Assembly (NCBI RefSeq): GCF_009834535.1
Contig: NC_045696.1
Coordinates: forward strand, 7,442,001 to 7,506,000
Length of the DNA: 64,000 bases
Direction: 5' to 3'
Source: Camelus ferus
Lineage: Eukaryota
Shown here: positions 1 to 13,972 of the stretch, piece after piece
How the letters are laid out: every line of letters begins with the position of its first letter
Position numbering within the stretch: the stretch's first letter is position 1
The notes under the pieces: model-generated
What the model was told of the DNA's origin: nothing
The model's input: only the letters and a program-made list of their open reading frames with translations
The model's database searches: none
Position numbers and translations under genes: made by a program

Positions 1-670
1 CTGGTACATAAATGCCTGGTACATGAGTGTATCCAAGTATAGGCTATTGTTACTTTAACTTAAAACAACTGCTCCATTTAAAGGATTTGGAAAATGTGCA
101 AAACAACTGTTATTACAACTCATGTAAGAAATGTAGGGGGAAAAGTTTTGTGGGTTTTTGGTCCACAAAGGAATATGATATAAAAAGGTCACTGCTATTC
201 ACTAATTTTATTTCTTCTAGTGTCTACCTGTTTTTTTAAAACTCAGTTTCAACAACCAGATGCCACTGGAAATCACTAAAATCTAAGGTTAAATCATAAC
301 ATATATGCCTCTAAAACATCTATCTAGTAATTATCACTATGACTCTTCATTAAACATTTTAAAGAGTATTTTCTAGGATTTTCCCACAGTATCTTGCACA
401 TAGCAGGTTCTCAAACTTATCAAATGAATGTCATCAGCCCTGTGATTTTAATGTAGTTTATATGAATTCTTAACATTCTTAAGTCATGCTATAAATTCAA
501 CCAAGATGGTGTCATAATTACATCAGGTTTGTCATAACAGATGCACATCTTTAGACAATGAAGCAAGGGAAGTAAGACCCAAGTTTAAAGTACATTAAGT
601 ACATTAATACCACTTTTTAAGTTAAAACACTTGAGTTAAAATAAAACAAAAAATCTTAAATTGTACTTAC

Positions 671-744
671 TTATGGTCTTCACCGGAAGTGACAGTCTCA
701 TTATTTGCTGTTACTGAAGTTGTTCCAGATCCAACTAACATAGG
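671..744 (-). CDS. TTC3: TTC3 coding exon 30
   Basis: accag|PMLVGSGTTSVTANNETVTSGEDH|GTAAGT; 74 nt; the next exon is outside the window. Confidence 0.94.
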
Positions 745-1294
745 CTGGTTTAAAAGACAGAAAAATGACAATGATTTGCTACCTTAAAATTACCATTAAA
801 ACTGAAAAATGCTTAAATAAATATGCATGCAAATTGCCAATAATATGACTTATCTAAATATTCTTGTGAACAGGAACATACAGTAATAAAGTTTCAAGAG
901 CCATAAACAGGCACAAATTCACATTTAGGAGGCTTCCAATGCTCAAAAAAAATTTTAAATTATCACTCAAACTCCTATTTTAGATAAGACATATAGTCAA
1001 AGATAAAAAGAAAAGTTTTATTGGAACTTATAAAGCTGCACTCATCCTCCCCTAACATTTGTTCACTTTCCCAACTCCTGCCTCATATCTGACTCCCAAA
1101 TACACAAGCACTGTGAAGAACCCACCGTAAGACTTAAAAGTAACACCTAGTTGTCTCATGGACTTGAAGTAGAGCCTTAGGTGAGAAGAAGGGAGCCTAT
1201 CAGTCCTGAGACTCTGTCATGATGATTAGTATTCATCATCTTTATTTTGAATATTTTAGATAATAACTCTATGAGTTATTAATAGTAAGTACCA

Positions 1295-1440
1295 TGTCTT
1301 ATCATACAGATGATGACACTAGGGTAGAAGGAAGTCAAGCAACTTGGCAAAGATCACAGAGATAATAAAAATAATAATTGATAAACCAAGGTAAGATCTC
1401 AGGTCTGCCTGAGCCTAAAGCAGCCTTGGCCACTCTGCTC
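1295..1440 (-). mobile_element. MIR SINE fragment
   Basis: acagatgatgacactagggtagaaggaagtcaagcaacttggcaaagatcacagag resembles the reverse-complemented MIR core. Confidence 0.6.
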
Positions 1441-1712
1441 TATGACCAGCCATACAAAGCCCTACATTATGACAATGACTTCACTAGGAAATACCTAGAA
1501 AATAAAAAAGATGATAAAGATAAGTGTGTCTTTTAAGAATTATTTATATATGATATGAACTTTAAACTTCCTGGAAATGTGGAAGACCAACACATCTTTA
1601 AAGCCTAGAAAGTCTATAAAATGCTTCAAAATGTTCCAAGAATTGGTTAATTCTAATTTATATATTCAATTAATCACTTTAGACAAGAAATAATACAGAA
1701 AATACTCCATAC

Positions 1713-1769
1713 CTTTGAATCTTTTGGCTTCTTTTTCTTGCCTTTGTTTTTTATCTTGGTAGAGTTAAA
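1713..1769 (-). CDS. TTC3: TTC3 coding exon 29 (basic, NLS-like)
   Basis: tttag|FNSTKIKNKGKKKKPKDSK|GTATGG; 57 nt. Confidence 0.95.
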
Positions 1770-2721
1770 CTAAAACATAGGGAAAAAATTGCTGAATACT
1801 CAAATAACAGTATTATGAAGCTGCCATATATTATAAAGATACTATACTGATTTTCATAGACTACTCCAAAGTTCAGTTGCATAAAATGTTTAACAAAAAT
1901 AACACTGTGTTAGCCCTAGTGTACTGATGTATAATAGATAATAAGAAAAAGTTTAACAATGACTAATGTTATAGCTAAAGTTAAACCTTGTTGAAAATGA
2001 GTTTATGTCACTTGAAGTAATTAGACATTTAAAGTAAATCGTTATCTGCCCATCATATTTTAGTGACCTTCCTTTTACTAAGCCACATTAGACATTTTGT
2101 ACCTGGGCAGATACTAAGGCATAAACAGTAAATTTAGAAGAAGCACTTAATTTCCCATGGATAGGTCTCTTAGCTATTTTTCCATTCTTAGCCAGGTAGT
2201 ATCTGATAGAATGAATTTAGACAAGATTTCAAGTATAGACGATCTGATCCTACAAATCAGTGAACAAGCATCTTTCCATTTGAAAATTTTCACCAACTTC
2301 TAAGGAAGACAACTCTGGAATTATTTTAACTTGAGCTCAATCGGAAGCCACTCAAAACAAAGTCTATGTGTTTCCCTTACCAAGTAAAATGTTACAATTT
2401 TAATCCTTACAGATAACGGTTTCATTTTCATGCCAGGAGATGACTCAAGAACTTCTTTCTCATTTCTAAGATTAACATTTATTAGTTGCGAAACATTATG
2501 GACACTGTCTAATTTACACTTTACAGCTTGACTGTCGCTCCAATTTCAAGAGGAAGACTGGGATTCACTTTCTAGTGAAACATTATGCGGCATCCAGAAG
2601 CTCTCCAGATTTGGTTCTGGAGCATCTCCTGTGATATAAATAAACACTGGCCTGGGCCCGCCTTCCTTCCTTTGGCTGACAAAAATCAGAACGTAACACC
2701 GAAAGTGATCAAATAACTTAC

Positions 2722-2768
2722 TGGCATGTCACCACTGTCCTGTTTCCTCAATACGGTGCAGCGGCTGT
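2722..2768 (-). CDS. TTC3: TTC3 coding exon 28
   Basis: tacag|SRCTVLRKQDSGDMP|GTAAGT; 47 nt. Confidence 0.94.
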
Positions 2769-2974
2769 CTGTAGGAAGATACAGACGGTTTTGTGAGGAA
2801 ACAAAATGTTTATATTGCCGTATGATACACTAAAGCCCTGAAGAAAACCACCCCAGATACCACGAATATCTACCATGTTCTACTCCTTATTTGGCTGTGA
2901 CACAAGTTTAGTTTAGAAACCAAGAACAAAATGGCTAACTCAATGGAAAACCAATTACAAAGAATCACAAAATT

Positions 2975-3850
2975 TCAATCCAATTCAGCATAATTTGAGT
3001 GCTTTCTAGGCACCAAACTCTATGCTAGGTGCTCGGAATACAGAAATGTACAGAAAAGTCCCTGCCATTGATAAGCTCATGCTCTGCAAACTACACAGAG
3101 GCAAACACCTATAGCCCAGTGTGCTGAATGTCACAATAAACACAGTGCAAACAAAGCTGCTAGAATGATCAAGTCTTCAAAGGGAGCAGCCCCACGAGGG
3201 GTCAGAGAGGGCTGTGGGGAGGACGGGACCTGAAGCCAGACTTGAAATGAACAAGCAAAGGGGTGGGATGTGAGCAACAGCAGGAGGCAGAAAAGCACAA
3301 GGCAGGTCTGGGCACAGTAACAAGCGGGGTGTATTGAGAGGGCAGATGAAGAGACTGATGATGAACCCAGACAACGTGAATTCACCTTATAGCCAAAACT
3401 GAGCGTCTCCCGAACAAAGCAGTTATAGGATCAGACAGGTGTTCTGGAGGAGTCACTGTCACCAGTGGCAATATGAGAAAGAACTGGAGTGGGAGGGTCA
3501 GAGGCACAGAGACCAGTTTGAAGGCTACTGTGATCATAGAAAAATTATTAAGATCCTGGCCTACGGGAGTGAAGACGAACAGGGAAGGGCAGATCAAAAA
3601 TAAAGCTTATTTGAATTGGCAACAAACTAGATATGGGATAATAGGGAAAAGGGAATGTCAAGACCAGTTCCAGAGTTTCTTGCTTAAAAACAATGTATAA
3701 AACGTTATTATCTGAGATAAATTTAGGAAAAGTCGGTCTCTAGAGATACAAGTGGGTTAAGAAATACTGCACATCAGGGGACTCTTGGCTGACACAGAAA
3801 TTCCAGAAGGGAAATATGCACGCGTCCAGGAGAAAGTCTGAGTCTTCCAC
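2975..3850 (-). mobile_element. L2 LINE 3' fragment (degraded)
   Basis: caattcagcataatttgagtgctttctaggcaccaaactctatgctaggtgctcggaatacaga...gtccctgcc is typical of an antisense L2 3' end; boundaries approximate. Confidence 0.6.
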
Positions 3851-4879
3851 GTAATGTAGCATTGGTGATATTATTGAGTACCCTTATAAGATCAGTAGAT
3901 TTTGAAAAGTTTTAAGAAATACAAACATTCCTTTAGATGAAAGGAGATAGGACTGAAAATGTCTGGGGCGAGAGTGAGAGGCAGAGGCAGTGGACTTGAA
4001 AATCTGCTGGCCAATCATTCTGTTAAGGGCTTCCAACCCTATGACTAAAAGCAGAGGAAAAAGTCACAGCCAGGTGGACTGCATATTTTAGGCACAGAAT
4101 ACAAGAATCAGGGGAAATGCACAATGAGAGGGAACTGTGTCCTTTTTAGTTTTCTTGTGATCCAAACATGCATCGAGTTTTGTAAGCTCAGTCCCAGGAG
4201 AGCATTTTATTACCAGCAGCAGCAAACTGATGGCAATAAATTCAGGCTATCAAGTAGCATGTCAGCTCCAGTCACGAAGCAGTGTCCTGGAAAAATAAAG
4301 CCATCTATATTTGAGTGTGCTCTCCCCTAAGAACCACAACAAAAGTAAGCTTCTCAGTTCCTCATACTGCATCTGAACTTTGTAATGCATAACACTTTTG
4401 TGCAAGGCCATATCCTTTTTCATGTATCCTTTAAAATTAATAGCATAGAATCTGAAAATCTAGCTCCTGAAAACATACAAAGCAGACTTCTGATGCTGAG
4501 GGAAAAGGTGAGGACAAGGGGAAGATATTCTCCTAAGACATACATGTAGTGCCAAAGATAAGAAATTTACATTAATTTAGAATCTGAGAATATTAGAATT
4601 TTGAGCAAAACATAATCACAAGTATCACTGGCTCTAAATCCTCTCATTTTAACAATGAAGAAACTAATCTCCAAAAGAAGCTGAGGGATGTAGCTACCAG
4701 TTGTCCTGTCCTGCCAAACTGCACTCCGTGCCTCTGTCCAAACAGCCCCCAACTCCCCTCCACCCTGTCTCTAATTCCAGACACCAACCTGTCAAACTTC
4801 ACCTCTGCGCTCACAGCCAGGCTCAACTCTATCCCTGCACCCAGGCTTTCCTGTTCCCCAGGGACAGCCCTTGGCACTT

Positions 4880-5060
4880 TTCCTGGTCCCCTCTTACTGC
4901 ATGTACTATCATACTATAGTTATCGGTATATTCATCTTATTTCCTTTTCCAGAACATAAGGTCCTCGAGGGGAGGGACTAGCATGAGCATTTCTGAATTC
5001 CTTGTTAACACCGAGCACAGGGCCTCGAAGCAGCAGTAACAGGTTTCTAATGAACTGAGT
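4880..5060 (+). mobile_element. L2 3' end fragment
   Basis: ccagaacataaggtcctcgaggggagggact...gagcacagggcctcg...aatgaactgagt. Confidence 0.55.
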
Positions 5061-5521
5061 TAGGGAAGAAGCTGGGCCACAGCCTGCTTTTCCTGCCTCC
5101 CAACTCTAGGCTCTTCCCACTGCAACAGGTGTGCTATCTGTTCCAGATTCTACCAACATCACCTACTTCTGCACACCAGTGTTTTCTTGAATGCTACAAA
5201 TCAAACCATTCCCTAATAAATTTCATTCCTTTAATACGCAGTCTTTGCAATGACACTCGTCAAAATACCTGTGCTGAGAACAGTATGGTGTATAATCCAT
5301 GGAATGTACCCCTCTGAGTATTCTACAACACGCAGTTCCATAGAGTAAAAAAGTTTTATAACATTTAAAAAGGTCACTATTCTCAATACTAACTTCCCCC
5401 AATAAGCCAGCTGTACCGTAATATTTTTCTCTATTCTCTTTGTTTAGTATTTAAGTAAGCTGGATCCTTCAGAGATTTTTTTTTTTAAGGTTAGATATAA
5501 ACTGAAACTCAGTCCACATAC

Positions 5522-5773
5522 CCATTATATCAAAGAATTCGTCCAAGGCATTATGCAGCACTGGGAACTTGTCTCTGTGTTCCTCCAACAGCCATATTAA
5601 ACATCGCGCTTCCTTCAGTGACGTTGGCTCACAGAAATAATCAAGCTTCTTTCCTTCTATAGAGCCTAGTTTATGACCATATTTCTCATTCCAGAGAAAA
5701 GTCATGATGCTAAAATCAAGCTCCTTAAGAGAGGCCCCATAACGAGAAAAAAAAGGTCCTGTGGCATCTAAGC
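5522..5773 (-). CDS. TTC3: TTC3 coding exon 27
   Basis: tatag|LDATGPFFSRYGASLKELDFSIMTFLWNEKYGHK...LHNALDEFFDIM(D)|GTATGT; 252 nt. Confidence 0.97.
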
Positions 5774-7871
5774 CTATAATAAAAAGAAAACCCAAGTCAG
5801 AAGAAGAGAAAAATTATTTTCTGTACAATCACACTCAGTTTCACTTCTTTGAAAGTGGTTCCATTATAGTTTGCTTACATGTTCAGTGAAAACATTTAAA
5901 TACTTGAGAACAAACCCGTTCAAGCTATTACGCATTTTAAAACACCCTTTCACATTAATATGCTAATAATTCTTATCTACTAGTTGAATAATGGGCTGGC
6001 CAAAGGCTTCTATTATTATAGTTATTTTTATTAGACTTAGGAGATAAAAGCTACTAAATTCCTTTAAAAGTCACTGAAGTCCTTTAAAAATATAACAATA
6101 ACTTCTTCACTAATTCATAATGGCTTCACTCCAGTTAGTACAAGCTAGAAAGATTTTACAATGCTTTTCTACATACACTCCGTAATAACAAAACATCAGT
6201 TATACACAAAATTTCCCAAATGTCTTTAAAGCAGAAAATGGGTAAACTCCTCCCCCAACACCTCCAAGAACTGTACTTTATCCCCCTAAATGTCATGGCT
6301 CCTTACCTTCTACACAAAAATCAACAGTCACTATTCTGGCTTTTATCCCTCAGAAAAAGGGGCAGCTGGAAACTCACATACTACTACTGAAAGAATGGTG
6401 AACCCCTGAACCCCTGCTGTGTACTAACACAGCTACCTAAAAGCAAGGATTGGCTCTGTTCTCTATCCCCACACGCTTCTAACGCAGTACAGGCTGTAAG
6501 TTCTCAGTCAGCAGATGAAGCAGAGCTGCCAAATTAAATCACTCTGGACATTTCTTCCAGATGAAATAGCTTTGCAGAGACCACGTTGCATGAAAAATTA
6601 GTACATTTAAATACAAGCATCAGGGACCACAGACAATACTCATACAGAACAAGGTTTAAGGGAATCACCGATGAGGAATACCACATTCGCTTCTCCATCT
6701 AAGGCTCACATCAACACGTGTGCTCGCCGAGGGAGAGGCAGCAGATCACATCTAGCATTGAAATGTTAACCCTCGCTGCTCCCACCACATTTAAACTAAT
6801 CTCTTATGTTAAATACAGCAGATTAAAGTAAGAAATAACTTAATAATTTACTTATCTGATTGTCAGTAGACACTAACGGCACTCATCACTTAGGAGTAAT
6901 TTTCTAGGACCAGAAACCCGTAGAGACCTACATTCGAAGCAGCAACACTTAGCTATCAACTATACCAAGTTTGCTGCCATCTTACTGTGTCTCTACCGAC
7001 AGAAATTCATCAATATATCCTCTCAAACTCTGGCATCCTATCAGCTCCATGTCTTTAAATAAACTCAGGCAGGTCCAGTCGCTCGCAGAGGCCCGGCAGA
7101 CCCTAAGGACTGCTGCTTAAGGGCCCGTTCTGCCGTGGCTCCCACTAGCCTTGTATCCTATAACCGAATCATTGACTGTGCTAGGCAGTTGCCATTCTGT
7201 GGTCACCAAGACAAACAAGGCCCTGGTAGGTATCCAAAGAAATCACTATTTAGTGTTGGTCAGCAGCTCTCTCTGCAGCTGCCTTCTGCAGTTCCTGCGT
7301 GGCTTTGGTCAAAGAGCCTGCATGGGGGTTCTTAGGACAATCAGGACAGAGTAACAGAGTTTTATGATCCTGTGATTCACAACACAGGTCAGCCCCAGGG
7401 TATTTCTCTCTCAATCCTTAGACTGAGAGAGATCTAAATTTGCTTTAGGTGATCCTAAGCCGTTTAGTTCCATCCACTCTTCCCTCTAAGTTTTTCATTA
7501 AGGAATCTGACCACTGGTGCACAACCCTAAAGGGCCCCGCAGCACCTGACTCCAGGGGGTGCTGTTTACCCATGGTTGTGCCCAGTGTTCACACGGTTTA
7601 CACATTTACAAGTAGTTTAGCGTAATACAGGACTGGACGTTCTTACTGATGGAACTTTCCTGTGTTTAACATCTCTTGACAAGGTACACTGCAATCCATC
7701 CATAAAGTAACCTATACATTGTCAGTTGGGGGAGTAGTATTTCTAAACACAGAAATTTATAGTCCTACATTTTTAAAAAAATCACAAATGATGACAGGAA
7801 AACGAAAAAGGATTCAGAGGCCTAGGTGACGCCTTCCTACTAAACTGTGTCTCTAGAATTCGGTGACGTAC

Positions 7872-8198
7872 CAAAGCCGTCGAGTTTCTGGATCCAGGTG
7901 GCCAGCTTCGGCTCCACTTCTTTAAGCTCACTCAAAACATGCAGAAATACCCTTGTCTTTACTCTGTTCTTCTCTCGAATCAAGTGACGAATGACATAGT
8001 CTACTGCTTCATTCAGAAAATTTCTGCTAGAAAAACAGGTTGTGTAGTCTTCTGTGGTTAAAACCTTCCAAGAAAGCAACTCTTTGAGGAGCTTGGAAGT
8101 ATTCAGAACGCCGGATTTAATCTTGTCAGCATACTGCTTTATGCACTGCAGAATTCTGTCATCAAGGAACTGGCAACTCTGAACATTGTCTACAGTTT
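7872..8198 (-). CDS. TTC3: TTC3 coding exon 26
   Basis: cttag|TVDNVQSCQFLDDRILQCIKQYADKIKSGVLNTSKLLKELLSWKVLTTEDY...WIQKLDGF(G)|GTACGT; 327 nt. Confidence 0.97.
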
Positions 8199-8802
8199 CT
8201 AAGGATAAATAACAGCTGTCAGTAAAAGACAGAAAGAAATAGGACCAATTTGCAAAAATACAAACTCAGAAAAAATTAGTGTAGCCTTACACAGCAATAT
8301 CAAAACATGACTCAGATATATTCTTTATGTTGTTTTAAATAATCCAAAAAATTTTTAATTAGGAATATAAATAAAATATTTAACACCTTTGAAAAGATAT
8401 AAGTTCACATTAAATCAAACATATCAAGTACCTTATCTCCTTCACTTGTACCACTCACGTAACAGCTAAAAAAAACTTAGTTTCTCAACAATCCTAACTA
8501 AGCCAGTCTCATCAGCTACCTAACTCTTTATAGTCATAAACATGATCAGGCATTAAGAACGCAAACTTTTTTTTCTAGAGTTGAAGGGATTATTTCTTCA
8601 GGTATAAATTCAATTCATATTTGGTAGTTATTGTTATGTTATTCATCTTATTGTTGGATCCCAAACTGCAGACCTATAAAGTCATCGATTTCAAGATGAA
8701 AAATATCTCAGAAGTTCATCTTCCCACTCAGGAATCTCCCTAAAAATGGCCATTTAGCCTTTTGACGCTAATACGATAAAGGAAATACAAATACAAATAA
8801 AA

Positions 8803-8826
8803 CACACACACACACACACACACACA
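8803..8826. repeat. (CA)12 microsatellite
   Basis: direct reading. Confidence 0.95.
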
Positions 8827-9001
8827 AAACCCACCCAATGTTCAGTGAAAACCCTTTCAGTAGGAAGGATAACTTTGATTTGTGAAACATTAACGGAATA
8901 CTAGATGAAAAATAAAGACAGCAAGAGGAAATATTTCATTTGGGGAACAGCCATCATAGCAGAAAATGAGACTAATTTACTTTAACTCAAAACTGAAAGT
9001 A

Positions 9002-9274
9002 GCCTTGGGGATGACCTGCACAGCACGGTAACTATAGTTAATAATACTGTATTGCATATATGCATATGAATCTTGAAAGCTCTTATCATGAAAAAGAAAA
9101 TCCTGTATGTAAGGTGATGGATGACAACTGGACTTACCGTGGTAATCATTTTGCAATATATACAAAAGCCGAATCATGACGTTGGCCACTTGAAACTAAT
9201 GTCAATTATATCTCAATTTTAAAAAATTCAAAAAAAAAAAAAAAACCACCAACAACAACAACAAAAACAACCAC
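9002..9274 (+). mobile_element. 5'-truncated L1 3' end (L1MA-like) with A-rich tail
   Basis: gtaactatagttaataatactgtattg...gtcaattatatctcaatt + A-rich tail; TSD ctgaaagta at 8993-9001 and 9275-9283. Confidence 0.85.
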
Positions 9275-9813
9275 CTGAAAGTAAGTATGTCCACAGGAAC
9301 AGTAAAACTACTGAGACAGTTCCCATGTCAACGAAGGAATGATGACAAGGTAAATGTAAAACCGAAGGCTGGACTAGGTAATCTCTCTGGCACCTTTTAG
9401 GAACTGCTTCTTTATTTGAACTCAGCGTATTCCAGGTAATTAGTGGCTAATTTACAGATAATTTCGGAACTTAAATCTGTGTAGCACAGTTTACAGAGCA
9501 CAGTCAAACACAGAATATGCATTTCAGATATTATTTTCACCTTCACTTTGGAGATAAGGAAACTGACACAGAGTTTGCACTGAGTTTAGTGGCAAGGAAG
9601 CATTTTCAACCCCTGTGTACTGCTTCTGAATTCAGTGCTCTTTAAACCAACCCCATCCCCGTCTCAGGGTAACAGAAGACAGTCATAATACTAAAATACC
9701 AACTGAAATCTAAACTTCACTAACAATTAATATAAGGTCCACAAATACATATCTGCATTTATACTTTTAAGCAAGAATACACTATTCTTATCGTGCCTTG
9801 GACCCAAACGTAC

Positions 9814-9950
9814 CTTTCTGCTCCTCAGGTTTGGGTGGATTACTTTCCCTTAAGTCCTCTTCCATTCTTTCTTGCGCTAATTTTTTTGCTTCTTTTTTTT
9901 GGATCTTTCTCTTCAATTTTTTGTCTTCTTTCAGTCTTAGCTTCTCTAGG
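9814..9950 (-). CDS. TTC3: TTC3 coding exon 25 (Lys/Glu-rich, coiled-coil-like)
   Basis: attag|LEKLRLKEDKKLKRKIQKKEAKKLAQERMEEDLRESNPPKPEEQK(E)|GTACGT; 137 nt. Confidence 0.96.
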
Positions 9951-10977
9951 CTAATAAACACTTACAATTAGTGATAATTCACCTTTTTTATAAACTCAAT
10001 TAACTATTTTCCTTTGCCTGTTGTAGAAACCATTCTCCAAGCAATAAGTTAGAAGTTTCCTTTTTTAGTTAGAACTTGGCCTGCATCTTCTGTTCAAAAT
10101 CAAAAACTTCTGACATATGTGGTCATTCAGTCAAAACAAGGGTACTTGTTTCACGAAAACAAGGACCTCAATGGTTAGGTGATTTCTAATTATGGACAGA
10201 ATGTATAGATCATACACATGTTATTTCCATGTATATAAATTACTACTTAGGGTAAATAGAAATACCAAAAATTACTCTGCAAGATAATACATGTAAACAT
10301 TCACTTCAAAGAAAGATCCCAAGGTAAAATATTATTTTCACAACCCAATAATGGCCCACAACACCAGAGTTTGGTCAATACGGGTACAATGACTTCTCTT
10401 CAACAAATAATTCTGTTCATTTTTCCTTTTGCTTTTTCTTGGTCAACAATGATGAAAAAAATCACTTCTTAAAATGGAAAACAAGAAGCAGGACCAAAAA
10501 GAAAAGAAAAAAGGACTGGAATTATTTGATCTGAACAAGAAGATACAGAGAAGTGAGTAATTCTCACAGTTTACTGAGTATGTCAGGGTGAGAAATAGTC
10601 ATTGATTCAAAATGTAAAGAGAGTAAAAGAAAAGATGTTTTTGGAGTTAAGGTTTAAACAACTGAGAGCTAAGTATATAATTTTAATCCAAATGCCGAAT
10701 CTACTAAACATGTCATTTCACAGTTCAAATGTCATAATTTTACTTATAAATTCAACAACTATATAATGCTTCTTATTCAAGCTTTTATTAGCATTTAACC
10801 ATTCTAGGCTAATTCTCTTAAAAGTTTTAAACGTCCATAAAATTCACTTATACAGCACTTGGATATGTATGCTGAGCCAATTTTAAACGATAGCCTAATT
10901 CTGAAATCTGCATTTGATAGAACTATATTCTAATAGACAGTATTATTAAGCCACTGATTGATTATTAAAATTCTTAC

Positions 10978-11042
10978 CTAGAACACTTCTGTTTCAGAAT
11001 AGGTCTTGGAGGAACCTTTTCTTTAATGACCTTGTGTTCAAA
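10978..11042 (-). CDS. TTC3: TTC3 coding exon 24
   Basis: taaag|FEHKVIKEKVPPRPILKQKCS(S)|GTAAGA; 65 nt. Confidence 0.95.
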
Positions 11043-11687
11043 CTTTAAATAAAACAAAGACATCCAAAATTTGTCTCATGCTCCCGTAACATAAAACACA
11101 AAACCACGAGTAACAAGCATTTCAGAAGCACAAAATGTTCAAATTGATAGAAAACAGTGATGTTATGACCCAGACAAAAGCCCAGAAAACTAGCAAAAAA
11201 AATTTACTGAAAAGAACGAGAGAGTAGACACATTTTAAAAAGTTTAAAAAAAAATTAAGAGTAAGCAGAAGATCAAATAAACTACAAACGTCATTGCAAC
11301 AACCCATTCCTGCAACTCTCATATAGTGAAGCTAAAGGTAAATCCCTCACGTCAGCTTTCCCCCTCTCTAAGATCCCCCACTTTGCCAAGACCCAGAAGT
11401 TCACTGGAATTAAAAGAGCAGGGTTATCAAAAAGAGTAAAATCAGTAAAATTAAAATATAAAAACTCTCCTTTTCCTATTAGGAGATAAAAGAATGTGAG
11501 AATCCTTCATTGCCCAGAAGCATTCTCACATCCTATTATTTCCTATGATTTCTTATATTAACTGTTTCTCTCCCAGAAAATAAAAATCCAAATCATACAA
11601 TCTCTACAAATTTAAGTCATAGTTTTAAAAGGTTATAAGCATCCTGGTTATCAATTTAATGAGATTTCCCCTTTATTAGACACTTAC

Positions 11688-11780
11688 TTCACATTTAACT
11701 TGACCACCACTGCTGAAGATGATAATCTTAGAAATGATTCCTTCGCAGTCAGGAGTTAGACAAATTCCTTGAAGAAAATC
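11688..11780 (-). CDS. TTC3: TTC3 coding exon 23
   Basis: aatag|DFLQGICLTPDCEGIISKIIIFSSGGQVKCE|GTAAGT; 93 nt. Confidence 0.96.
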
Positions 11781-11849
11781 CTATTGATTTAACAAAAAAA
11801 AAAGGGGGGGGGAGGCTATATTTCAGCATAATCTACACATATATACCAC

Positions 11850-12295
11850 TTTAACCATCAAGAACAGTCAAAATATGATCTGAAACTTCCTCCAGGGAGG
11901 CACTGAAAAGTTCCTGCTCGTTGCCATTGACTTTGGGAGCCTCCTTGTGGGAGGAATAGGCGTCCAGCTGTAGGGCTGACCACGTGACGGGCTGTGGTCA
12001 TGTGGGGTGAGCGGATATGATGACGCTACATCCGGGCAAAAGTGTTGACAACTACTGAATGGCCTGGCCACGGCTCTTTTCCATCTGCCACAAGAACATA
12101 TCCTAGTCACTCCTCAACCTCAATTCAGGAACTAAGGCCACAGCCACACACACGAGAGCTGTCACAGCCCAACCCTGGAAAACAACTACAAAACTTCAGG
12201 ACAAGTAGTGTAAGCAAAACGTGAACTTTATTTTATTGTAAGTTATGAAATATTTGGGTTATTTCAATATGTCCCAGAGAAAGCTAATTTAGGGA
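11850..12295 (+). mobile_element. MLT1-type (MaLR) solo LTR, degraded
   Basis: 3' part cagcccaaccctgg...ttattgtaagttatgaaatatttgggttattt...gaaagctaatt resembles an MLT1 end; boundaries approximate. Confidence 0.5.
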
Positions 12296-13075
12296 GGTTA
12301 TTTCAACCCAAGGAAAAAGTTAAGACCACTAAGAGTGTGTGTAGAGCTAGAGGACCTCAATTAAGGTAAGACAAAAACATAGCAGAAGTGACTCAGTTGC
12401 AACAGTTATTTGGTCATATCATTATATTTTTAGTTAACTATGTGAAAATATGTAAAATACTAGAATTTATTTCTACTAAACTTGAATAATTCCTATTGCT
12501 AACATACACCTAACACAACCACCTCATTTTTTCCTCAAGGATAGGGGTTTACATGAGGTTAAACAGTGTAGGAAAAGATTTTCTTTTTTTAAAATACATT
12601 GGTTATATGGATCAGAAATAAATTCTATGAATGCAAGTAAGATGACAAAATTGTGCCTTCTCTCAAAGTATACCTGGCTAATGAGAATTAACGTCATTAT
12701 CTTGCTAAGAGAGACCCCAATGAGAAGCAGTGGTACAAAATTTAAGTCGAATTCTTAGTACAAATTATCTCATCAAATTTCATTAGAAGGTAAAAAGGAT
12801 ATTTAAATTTTTACTTTTGATCATAACATTTCCAATGTAAAGGTTGATTAACAATTTATTAAAGGCCTCTCTGGTTACTGCCTTTACACTTATAAAAAAT
12901 AAAAACAAAAACTGATTTTCTACTTTATCACTAGTGTTAATTTAAAACTGTCTAATTACGTCTTATGCACCAGGAGAAAGTCATATTCACTTAAGACTTT
13001 TTCTGAAGATTCTTGTACGGAAATAAATCAACATACAATAAGCGTATTAAAAAATCCAGGCAATCTTGGCCTTAC

Positions 13076-13177
13076 CTTGTCAATTTTATCATTAAAGGTT
13101 GTTGTTTTTAACTTCTTCCAACAGTTCATATGAAATTCTATTTTACAGTACTGGCAACAGCTGATTCGTATAAAACC
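13076..13177 (-). CDS. TTC3: TTC3 coding exon 22
   Basis: cccag|GFIRISCCQYCKIEFHMNCWKKLKTTTFNDKIDK|GTAAGG; 102 nt. Confidence 0.96.
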
Positions 13178-13221
13178 CTGGGGAGGGTTAAGATAGTTTT
13201 TAATTCACATTTTAAAGATGT

Positions 13222-13239
13222 ACACACACACACACACAC
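13222..13239. repeat. (AC)9 microsatellite
   Basis: direct reading. Confidence 0.9.
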
Positions 13240-13972
13240 CCTCTCTCACACTCACAACACACATATTAAGATGAAGAGCAAGCTGTCTGCATTTACCTGG
13301 CGGACATAACAAGATGTCACATTTCCTCCTGGGGGAGTGTAATAGTTCTCTACCCCAGAAGGCCTAGTGCTGGAAATACAGAGCTTGGCTGACATACTCG
13401 TTTCCACAGCTTACAGTTGCATTATCCTTTACAATATCAAATATTTTATAAACTTTATTTTATCTGCTCTACTGACCAGAGACAGTGGGCAGCTTCTGTC
13501 TTCTTGAATAAACTAAGGCCCAATGTCTTATTCACTAAGTCAGTTGCCAGACTTCATCTCAGACTCAGGTCTCTAGGAGCTAATTCAGTGATCACAATGG
13601 TCTTTAGATTCTTGACCTCATATTCTACAAGAAATTAGACTTGCAACAAATCAGAGGTAACCCCCTCATTTTGTTTCCTGTGCTACTGAGGAGCAGGCAG
13701 TTATATGAAACAGGGGCTACAGAGGGGACATGGAATTAGCCAGCCCGCCTTCTCAGGCCACCACCCCTGCCCCTTGGTGTTTATTTCAACGGCTCTGGGT
13801 CCCCGCATGAGATGATGCAGATCTAAAGAAGTCCTGGAGATGGGCAGACAAGAGGACATAAAACTACTGACAAGCCAGAGAACGTGGATGCCTCCAATTT
13901 CAGAATTTGTTCTGAATCGATTTTAAGGCGCAGTTCTGCAAGTTAATGCCCTAGTATACATCCACTGTGTAC

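Noticed and set aside
6640..7720. GC-richer non-repetitive intronic stretch as a possible ncRNA or viral insert
   Set aside because: I recognised no snoRNA boxes, long hairpin or long ORF, so nothing is supportable without a search.
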